32,000 nucleotides of DNA, taken from positions 4,080,001-4,112,000 of the forward strand of contig CP060262.1 of assembly GCA_022646745.1 (NCBI GenBank). Direction: 5' to 3'. Shown here piece by piece: positions 25,719 through 32,000 of the stretch; position 1 is the first letter of the stretch; every line of letters begins with the position of its first letter. The position numbers and the translations under genes were made by a program. This DNA comes from Planctomycetales bacterium. Lineage in GTDB: Bacteria; 4484-113; JAFGCY01. A model generated the notes under the pieces. The model did not search any database, was not told the DNA's origin, and saw only the letters and a program-made list of their open reading frames with translations.

Positions 25719-26821
25719 GCACGATCAAATCACAGCTCGCCGACTACCGCGAACTGGACGCCCCGCTTAAGCGCAGCATGCGCCGCTGGTGGAAGGGTAC
25801 GGGACGGCTGTGGCTGGTCGCTATCGGCGCGTGTGGTTTCCTGTCAATCGCCAGCATTTTCCTCGTCCGTCAGTTGATCACCGGCAATTCCAGCCTGACA
25901 ATGTTCTTCCTGTCAGTCGGGGCCTTTGCCAGTTATTGCCTGCCCGCATTGACCCTTGTCGCCTGCTTCCATACCATGGCCAGCCGCTGCCGCCAGCTGC
26001 GCCAGCTCAGCGATGAAGCAGCCCTGCCTGAGAGTGCAGCAATCTGGCAGAGCTGGCTCGTCGGCTCGCTCGCTTCCTGCTGGCCACTGCTGGCAGCCCA
26101 GACTTTGACAATCCTGCTGCGTGACAGCTTCCTCCAGATGTTCATCAATACCCAGCTGTCCCGCAAGGCGGACCTGCTGCGCATAATCACCGGCGGCCTG
26201 GACGAGGGATTGCTGCTGGTCTTCATGGCCCTGCTGGCAGGCACATGGCTGCACACCGGACGGCGCTCACGGCTGGATTACCTGTTCCTGGCCTGCCTCT
26301 GTGCCGCCTCAATCGCATCCGCGATCGGAGTGCTGTTCTGGCGGATAGGACAACTCGGTGGCGGCGGTTACTTTGAGGACCTCGACCCCGTGAACCTGGC
26401 AACCGGCAGCATCCTGGCAATCGCAGTGCCAGCCTGGGTGCTGCTTTCAAGGAAGTCCGGCCCCCGTCCGCAGTTCACAATGTCGGTGTTTGCAACGATC
26501 CGGCTACTGGAACTGTTTGCGATGTTCACCGCTGGTTCGGCCAGCATCATCTGGGCCAGGCTGCTGATGCTGGAGGAGATCCTGACTGGCTGGCAGGCGG
26601 TGTTCACGCGGATGCCGTTCGGCTACGGTGAACACACATTCCACTACTTCGACCATTCCGAGGGCGGCACAGCGCTCTTCCTGTTCTGGCAATCAGGACT
26701 GGCTGTCAGGACCGGTCCGATCGGCTACATGCTGGCCCTGCTGCTCAACCTCGCCTGGCTGGCGATCGTGTTCCTGTTCTGCCGCTGGGCGGTGGGCCGG
26801 AGTGCGGTGCGGGAGGAGTGA
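25715..26821 (+). CDS. paralog 4 of the membrane protein family
   Basis: ATGA overlap with paralog 3. Motifs: ADYRELDAPLKRSMRRWWKGTGRLWLVA, the loop LRQLSDEAALPESAAIW, and C-terminal LLNLAWLAIVFLFCRWAVGRSAVREE. Confidence 0.75.
   Translation: MSTIKSQLADYRELDAPLKRSMRRWWKGTGRLWLVAIGACGFLSIASIFLVRQLITGNSSLTMFFLSVGAFASYCLPALTLVACFHTMASRCRQLRQLSDEAALPESAAIWQSWLVGSLASCWPLLAAQTLTILLRDSFLQMFINTQLSRKADLLRIITGGLDEGLLLVFMALLAGTWLHTGRRSRLDYLFLACLCAASIASAIGVLFWRIGQLGGGGYFEDLDPVNLATGSILAIAVPAWVLLSRKSGPRPQFTMSVFATIRLLELFAMFTAGSASIIWARLLMLEEILTGWQAVFTRMPFGYGEHTFHYFDHSEGGTALFLFWQSGLAVRTGPIGYMLALLLNLAWLAIVFLFCRWAVGRSAVREE
26744..26800 (+). repeat. conserved 3'-terminal nucleotide block of paralog 4
   Basis: CTCAACCTCGCCTGGCTGGCGATCGTGTTCCTGTTCTGCCGCTGGGCgGTGGGCCGG matches 28946-29002 at 56 of 57 nt. 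Confidence 0.9.
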
Positions 26822-26823
26822 AG

Positions 26824-27915
26824 GTGTGTAGTTCTGAATCAACCAGAAAAGTGCTGAGTTCAATTAACAGAGCCACTCACGCTCATATGGCTTTGTGGTG
26901 GCAAAGATACGGAATTTACTGGATTACTGCAATTTTGGTCATCTGGTTTATCGATACCGCCTCCTACCAGCTTGCAGGACGCGGTCATGTATATCCTGAC
27001 TTGTCTTCGCTAACCTACGATATTTGGCCATTTACGAGGCTTCTGAAGGGGGTTATTCCTGTTGTTGCCTTCGTCGCTGCTTCCTCTCACAAGTTGAAAC
27101 TGCTTGAGGATCACATCCTAAACGATGGGATTCCCACCAGCTTTGATGTCAGAAGGCACTCGTTCAGTATTGTCGTGTATGCCGGCATTCCAATACTGTT
27201 GGTTGTCCTTGCGGCAGGATCCATCTCTTGGGCTTACGTCAAAGGCAGATTGACTGGCATGTCGTTTCCTGACTGGTACTACGCGATCTGCTTATCAATA
27301 GAGCAGGTTTCTGCCTCTGCCCTCATTTCGCTGATTGCAGTTGCCATTATGTGCATGACCCGTTCTAAGTCTAGTCTGGCAGCAATTCTCTTTATCATGA
27401 TGTTGCACCACCTGAATGAACCATTCGTGAGACTGTCAGATTCCAGAGGAACTTACCTCTACAGAATGGAGGACGCTGCCGGACTGTCTCCGTTCCTTTT
27501 TACAGTGGGCAGTGTTAGTGCAATCGTCCTGCTGGCAGTTTTCCTGTTGACGATATCATCCCCAAACTTTAGGCTGAGTACTACGCCACTGGTTGCCATA
27601 TGCATCATCCGCGGTCTCGAAACCTATTTTGGTTACAGATCGCTTTCGAACCTTGATATGGTTGTTCCCGACATTGCATTCATGGCAATACTGCGCGGAT
27701 TCCAGCTGGTGTTCGTAACCGGACCGATGAATGTCGATGTAACTCTCTTTCCTGTTCCGGATGAGATTCTCGCCCACCCACCATGGAATCCCTACACGTT
27801 TGAGGGAACAGAATGGAATTATCTTTATGCAGTTATTGGCAATCTGGCCTGGGTTGCCTGTGTGTTCCTCTTCTGCCGCTGGGCGGTGGGCCGCAGTGCG
27901 GGACGGGAGGCATAG
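26824..27915 (+). CDS. paralog 5 of the membrane protein family, with AT-rich body
   Basis: GTG at 26824, 7 nt after GGAGG in GGGAGGAG. An alternative GTG at 26818 overlaps the paralog 4 stop. Motifs: HMALWWQRYGIYWITA, the loop LEDHILNDGIPTSFDVRR, and C-terminal IGNLAWVACVFLFCRWAVGRSAGREA. Confidence 0.7.
   Translation: MCSSESTRKVLSSINRATHAHMALWWQRYGIYWITAILVIWFIDTASYQLAGRGHVYPDLSSLTYDIWPFTRLLKGVIPVVAFVAASSHKLKLLEDHILNDGIPTSFDVRRHSFSIVVYAGIPILLVVLAAGSISWAYVKGRLTGMSFPDWYYAICLSIEQVSASALISLIAVAIMCMTRSKSSLAAILFIMMLHHLNEPFVRLSDSRGTYLYRMEDAAGLSPFLFTVGSVSAIVLLAVFLLTISSPNFRLSTTPLVAICIIRGLETYFGYRSLSNLDMVVPDIAFMAILRGFQLVFVTGPMNVDVTLFPVPDEILAHPPWNPYTFEGTEWNYLYAVIGNLAWVACVFLFCRWAVGRSAGREA
27862..27901 (+). 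repeat. conserved 3'-terminal nucleotide block of paralog 5
   Basis: GTGTTCCTcTTCTGCCGCTGGGCGGTGGGCCGcAGTGCGG differs at 2 of 40 nt from 26768-26807, even though the rest of the gene is strongly diverged and AT-rich. Confidence 0.85.
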
Positions 27916-27919
27916 CTGG

Positions 27920-29026
27920 ATGAGAGGCATATGGCAGACGCAACTTGTTGAGTACCGCGAGTTTGCTGCACCGCTGAATCACCATTTCCGCCGCTGGTGG
28001 ACCGGTCCGGGCCGTGCCTGGCTGTATGCCCTGATCGGCGTGCAGGCGGCGGCAATTGTCAGTCTCTGGCAGGCCTGGGCATTCAATACCGCCAGCCGGT
28101 CCGCCACATTGTTCTTCGCATCCTTCATTGCCAGCTCACTGGCACAGCTGTTCACGGTCGTGCTGGCTTATCTGTCCGGCCTGGCATTCCAGTCCAGCAT
28201 GAAGGAAATGGCACGGGATGCCGTGCTGCCAGCCGGTTCCGCCGTTGCCAGGCTGATGTTCTTCGGAGCACTGGTCTGCGCTTCCCCTCCGTTTTACTGC
28301 CACCTGCTTTACCTGACCATTCTGCAGATGATCCGCGCCAGTTACACTTCAAGCTTCCTCGGGAACTCCATCTCGCCGGGCGAGATCCTGCAGTCCCTGT
28401 TGTACGAAATCCTGCCCATGCTTGTGATCATCTGCTGCAGCCTGGCTGCCAATGTTCATGCAAGGGGCCGCAGGCGCTCACTGGCAATCATGGCTGTATA
28501 TGTCGCGATCACCACCGCCAGCTGGCTGGTGCTCGTGTTCAGGCTGCCAATGCCGTTTGCCAACATGGATTCCTATTCCAGCTTTGCGCTGTTTCCCTTC
28601 ATCGGGGTCTGCTTCGCCCTTGCCCTGATTGCCACGCTTGTGCAGGAGTCCGCGGACCGGTCTCCCGCATCCAGGGCAGCCACTCCGGCCCTGCTGCTGC
28701 TCTGTTTGCTTACCCTGTTCCTGATGGTCGTGCGGCAGGAATCCGTTGTCAGCAGGCCGGCCGGGCTCATCATCAGTGAAATCAGCTATGGATTCTTTGC
28801 GAGCATTACTTCAGCGCCCTTCCACTTCAGGCCAGCAGCGGACGCCACATTCTCATTCTCCGACAGCATAAGCGGCCTTGCACTTGGCTGGATACCCAAT
28901 ACATATTTTCCCGTGACGGCATTCGGTGATGCCCTGGCCAGCATGCTCAACCTCGCCTGGCTGGCGATCGTGTTCCTGTTCTGCCGCTGGGCTGTGGGCC
29001 GGATCAGCTGGCGGGAGGAGGAATGA
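27920..29026 (+). CDS. paralog 6 of the membrane protein family
   Basis: ATG at 27920, 4 nt after the paralog 5 stop and 9 nt after GGGAGG. The track's 27761 start overlaps paralog 5. Motifs: VEYREFAAPLNHHFRRWWTGPGRAWLYA, the loop MKEMARDAVLPAGSAVARL, and C-terminal MLNLAWLAIVFLFCRWAVGRISWREEE. Confidence 0.75.
   Translation: MRGIWQTQLVEYREFAAPLNHHFRRWWTGPGRAWLYALIGVQAAAIVSLWQAWAFNTASRSATLFFASFIASSLAQLFTVVLAYLSGLAFQSSMKEMARDAVLPAGSAVARLMFFGALVCASPPFYCHLLYLTILQMIRASYTSSFLGNSISPGEILQSLLYEILPMLVIICCSLAANVHARGRRRSLAIMAVYVAITTASWLVLVFRLPMPFANMDSYSSFALFPFIGVCFALALIATLVQESADRSPASRAATPALLLLCLLTLFLMVVRQESVVSRPAGLIISEISYGFFASITSAPFHFRPAADATFSFSDSISGLALGWIPNTYFPVTAFGDALASMLNLAWLAIVFLFCRWAVGRISWREEE
28946..29002 (+). 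repeat. conserved 3'-terminal nucleotide block of paralog 6
   Basis: Matches 26744-26800 at 56 of 57 nt. Confidence 0.9.
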
Positions 29027-29028
29027 GC

Positions 29029-29078
29029 GGAGGCCAAGCTGTAAGCTTGGCAAGTGCCAGGCAAACTGCCTGGCCTCC
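29029..29078. repeat. 50-nt REP-like double-hairpin element (copy C)
   Basis: GGAGG-CCAAGCT-gta-AGCTTGG-CAAGT-GCCAGGCA-aac-TGCCTGGC-CTCC. Begins 3 nt after the paralog 6 stop. Confidence 0.75.
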
Positions 29079-29083
29079 GGTGT

Positions 29084-29125
29084 GTAGCTCTAAGAGCTAC
29101 AGGGCCATGTTGCTCCAAGAGCAAC
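29084..29125. repeat. two further triloop hairpins
   Basis: GTAGCTC-taa-GAGCTAC (29084-29100) and GTTGCTC-caa-GAGCAAC (29109-29125). Each has a 7-bp stem and a 3-nt loop. Confidence 0.7.
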
Positions 29126-29518
29126 ACTCCGACTCACTGGCCGCCGGACATCCCGGGTGGGGGGATCGCACCGCAGGTGTGATCGCCACCGGGCGGGGAT
29201 GGCGATCCGGCCGGCGGCTGGGGAGGAGATCAGATCACGGTTGCAGGTGGCAGCAGTCCAATGGCGTGGGTGTCGTCGCAGATTGTTCCACTATTCGCAT
29301 TATTCAGACTATTCTGATTACTCCCGCAAGCGGATGGCTGTCGCCATCCTGGCAAGGCACGGTGGCCTTACCCTACTACCGCTTAAGAAGGTAGCTCCCG
29401 TCCCCCATCCCACTTAGCATTCCATTGTGCGCAAGCAAGTTGCGCACCTCCAGCATTCCTGTTCACTGATCACTGTTCACTGTTAAACTGATAAACGGGC
29501 TGGGAGGCCCGCAAAGTC

Positions 29519-29893
29519 ATGGAAGAACTGCGTAACAACATGATCAACCTGATGCAGAACCCGACGCATATGGGCGAGATGGACGAGCCCACCGGGATCG
29601 GGCATGTGCAAAGCGAATGTGGCGACTGGGTGCGCATGCAGGTGCGGCTCGCCAGTGACAACACCATCGAGCAGACGAAGTTCATTGCCTACGGCTGCGG
29701 CAGCGCGATCGCTTCCGCCGAAGCCATCGCCCGCATGAGCGAGGGCCGCAGCATCGACGATGCTGAACAGATGACCCAGGAAGAGGTGATCATCGCGCTT
29801 GGCGGCCTGCCGGAGCACAAGTCCCACTGCAACGCGATGAGCCACATGTCCTTCATGGAGGCGCTCAAGTCCTGCCGGGAGCATGCCGGCTGA
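29519..29893 (+). CDS. IscU/NifU-N-terminal-domain-like Fe-S cluster scaffold protein
   Basis: All three scaffold cysteines are in the expected contexts: SECGDWVR, AYGCGSAIASAEA, HKSHCNAM. The 124-aa length fits. Confidence 0.75.
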   Translation: MEELRNNMINLMQNPTHMGEMDEPTGIGHVQSECGDWVRMQVRLASDNTIEQTKFIAYGCGSAIASAEAIARMSEGRSIDDAEQMTQEEVIIALGGLPEHKSHCNAMSHMSFMEALKSCREHAG

Positions 29894-30666
29894 TGGAGTA
29901 CTGGGAGGACTACGAGGTCATCGAGATCGAGACGCCGGAGCTGTTGAAGCTGCACCTCCCGCTGGCCGGTTTCGGCCCGCGTGCCCTCGCTTTCATCGTG
30001 GACAGCCTGATCATCGCCGTGGTCCAGCTCGTGCTGGGCGGCCTGCTTTTGATGGTCGGGATCGGCACGCTGGGCAGCGCGGGAGCCTCCGGCAACACCG
30101 GACTGGTGATCGCCTTCGTGCTGATCGCGATCCTGCTGCTCATACTGCTCTACCCGGCCTACCACATCATATTTGAGTCGATCTGGAACGGCCAGACCCC
30201 TGGCAAGCGCATGACCGGCATCCGCGTCGTGCGCCGCGGTGGCCTGCCGCTGACCCCTCAGTCGATCTGGATGCGCAACCTGATGCGCCTGGTTGACATG
30301 CTGCCCAGCAACCAGTTCACCGGGCTCGTGAGCTTCTTCGTGTCGGCCAGCCAGCAGCGCGTCGGGGACCTGGTGGCGGACACCGTCGTGGTGCGCGAGT
30401 TCCAGCAGCAGCAGCCCGTCAGCTGGGTGCGCAGCTATGGCGGCAACCCGGCGCTGGACACGCCGGAGATCGGCACGGTCACCCCTCGCATCGCACTCGC
30501 GATCAACAGCTACCTGATGCGCGCGGTGAACTTCGAGCCGGAGCTGCGGCATAACCTGAGCGGCCGGCTGGTGCGTGCGCTGGGCTACAACGCGGATACG
30601 CTCAGCCTCGGGCAGCGCGACTCCTACCTCGCATCGGTGCTGGCCCAGTACCACAGCCGCGGCTGA
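29893..30666 (+). CDS. RDD family membrane protein
   Basis: TGATG overlap with the upstream gene. Motifs: GPRALAFIVDSLIIAVVQLVL, GQTPGKRMTGIRVVRRGG, and RNLMRLVDML...GDLVADTVVV. Confidence 0.75.
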   Translation: MEYWEDYEVIEIETPELLKLHLPLAGFGPRALAFIVDSLIIAVVQLVLGGLLLMVGIGTLGSAGASGNTGLVIAFVLIAILLLILLYPAYHIIFESIWNGQTPGKRMTGIRVVRRGGLPLTPQSIWMRNLMRLVDMLPSNQFTGLVSFFVSASQQRVGDLVADTVVVREFQQQQPVSWVRSYGGNPALDTPEIGTVTPRIALAINSYLMRAVNFEPELRHNLSGRLVRALGYNADTLSLGQRDSYLASVLAQYHSRG

Positions 30667-30808
30667 TCGCCTGAAAACGGAACATTTGGGCCGTTTCCCC
30701 GTCTATAGACTGTGCGCCGCGCGCAGGCCTGCGTGCATGCGCCACTGCTATGATTGACGGGTTGGACACTATCACCGGGCCTTGGCCCGGACAGGGTTGG
30801 ATGCTTCT

Positions 30809-32000
30809 ATGAATGGACAGATTTCCCGCATGCGCAACACGGCCGTGATGCTGGGTATGTGCGCCCTCTGGGCCTGGCCGGCGATCGGCCACAGCGCCAC
30901 GGAGGAGAACAGCAAGCGCCTGGAGAACCACTTCTCCTCGCTGGGCACGGTGGAATACTTCCTGCCCACACCGCTCGGCGGCCCGGAGATGGGTGCGGCG
31001 GTGATCCGTGACGGCGGCGGCTTCGAGATGCGGGTGGTGGAGCTGCGCAATGGCCAGCCCGTCAGCCGCCTGACGGAGCGCATGCCGGAGTACACGGGCA
31101 AGCGCCCCTTCACCTTCCTGCTCACCGGGAAGCAGTTTCTCTCCTACCCGACCCGCAGCTGGACGGACGACAAGGGCCGCGCGCATGAGATCGGCGACCT
31201 GAAGATCTACGACATGACCGGCGAAAGCCCGCAGGTGCTGTTTGAGCTGGACAACGTGACCGACCTGGCCTTCCAGGCCAAGGGCGCGCTGACCGCGAGC
31301 AACCTCGTGTGGCAGCCGGCGGACCACTACCTGAACGTGGACGGGCTGTTCCCGGTGAAGTACAAGTACTTCATCATCCGCCAGGATGAGACCGGCCAGT
31401 ACGACATCATGCACCACCTCGAGCTGCTGCCGGACAACGGCCTCGTGGAGAGCGCGCGCTACAACAACCGCGCGGTTTACTACTATCAGCTCGATGACCT
31501 GACGAACGCCATCGCCGCAATCGGCAAGGCCAACATCATCACCGACCGCGACCAGAGCGTGATCCTCAGCAATACCGACCTGCTCAAGAGTGAGCTGGCG
31601 GACCTCGAGTTCCAGGCCAGCCACAACCCGAGCAACATCGTGGATGAGGCGCGCATGTACTACTGGACCGGGCAGTACCAGTCCGCACTGCGCGTGCTGG
31701 AGACCCGCCAGCGCCGGATGAGTGACACCGACTGGGCGATGAGCGGTCTGTGCATGGCGCGCCTCAAGCGCTGGCCGGAGGCTGACAACATCACCGCCGA
31801 ACTGAAGCGCCGCGGCGTGCCCTGGCTGGGGGACTACCTCTCGGACCTGATGAAGGTTGCCGAGATCCAGCAGCTGCCGCGCGTGCTGGAGATCCAGATG
31901 CGCGCGATGGAAGCGCTGGACCCGCAGCACCCGGCTCTGGCCGCCGCCAAGGCGCGCATCCTCGAGGGGGCCGGCAAGATGGATGAGGCCCAGCGCCTGC
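30809..32000 (+). CDS. 3'-truncated CDS, secreted hypothetical protein with TPR-like helical C-terminal part
   Basis: Absent from the track because it runs off the window. My hand translation from the ATG at 30809 (MNGQISRMRNTAVMLGMCALWAWPAIGHSATEEN...) has no stop through position 32000 and shows strong GC3 bias. Signal-peptide-like N-terminus. The 442-aa minus-strand ORF opposite it is a shadow ORF. Confidence 0.65.
   Translation, partial: MNGQISRMRNTAVMLGMCALWAWPAIGHSATEENSKRLENHFSSLGTVEYFLPTPLGGPEMGAAVIRDGGGFEMRVVELRNGQPVSRLTERMPEYTGKRPFTFLLTGKQFLSYPTRSWTDDKGRAHEIGDLKIYDMTGESPQVLFELDNVTDLAFQAKGALTASNLVWQPADHYLNVDGLFPVKYKYFIIRQDETGQYDIMHHLELLPDNGLVESARYNNRAVYYYQLDDLTNAIAAIGKANIITDRDQSVILSNTDLLKSELADLEFQASHNPSNIVDEARMYYWTGQYQSALRVLETRQRRMSDTDWAMSGLCMARLKRWPEADNITAELKRRGVPWLGDYLSDLMKVAEIQQLPRVLEIQMRAMEALDPQHPALAAAKARILEGAGKMDEAQRL

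Noticed and set aside
27761-27919. Upstream extension of paralog 6 (track start 27761), and the cytochrome b extension 16282-16404.
   Set aside because: Both extensions overlap the preceding gene's well-supported C-terminus in another frame. Internal starts with SD or coupling context (ATG 27920, GTG 16281) give N-termini consistent with family members.
22275-29026. The paralog array considered as a CRISPR array, tandem DNA repeat or mobile element.
   Set aside because: The repeat unit is about 1.1 kb of coding sequence. Similarity is mostly at protein level only. There are no short direct-repeat/spacer structures, no terminal inverted repeats, and no transposase or integrase gene nearby.
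29023-29394. 123-aa ORF starting with an ATGA overlap at the end of paralog 6, a possible seventh gene of the array.
   Set aside because: It has no similarity to the paralogs and no hydrophobic helices. It reads directly through four REP-like hairpins and has Arg/Gly/Trp-rich composition. I interpret it as a relic junction rather than a gene, and discuss it under findings.

Overview
GC-rich bacterial chromosomal segment with strong G/C third-position bias. The many long antisense ORFs in the track are shadow ORFs. I support about 37 CDS and found no rRNA, tRNA, CRISPR array, transposase or integrase. Order of content: (1) 2-8026, a housekeeping and membrane block: PD40-like propeller fragment, three minus-strand membrane proteins, FmdB zinc ribbon, DUF4126, CCA/poly(A)-polymerase-family nucleotidyltransferase, M50 protease, scpA, ATP-type pfkA. 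(2) 8161-13230, a partial fla/che-like flagellar cluster: flbD-fliM-fliY-cheY-fliO-fliP. (3) 13578-16822 on the minus strand, a respiratory operon: Tat-Rieske, b6-type fused cytochrome b, and an octahaem HAO-family cytochrome c. (4) 16823-17106, an AT-rich divergent control region. (5) 17107-18992, an AMIN/SPOR-like envelope operon. (6) 19108-20460, gdhA. (7) 20664-29026, an accessory-looking locus: a TPR(42-aa type)-TIR gene placed head-to-head with six tandem, translationally coupled paralogous polytopic membrane-protein genes of no family I recognise. One paralog has an AT-rich body, and nucleotide-level identity is confined to the gene 3' ends. (8) 29519-32000: IscU/NifU-like, RDD-family and a 3'-truncated secreted TPR-like protein. 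Several intergenic regions carry a family of structured, REP-like hairpin elements that show compensatory stem changes between copies. The TIR plus six-paralog locus is my best candidate for an undescribed system. The functional link between its two parts is inference only. Taxonomy cannot be assigned from the sequence alone.
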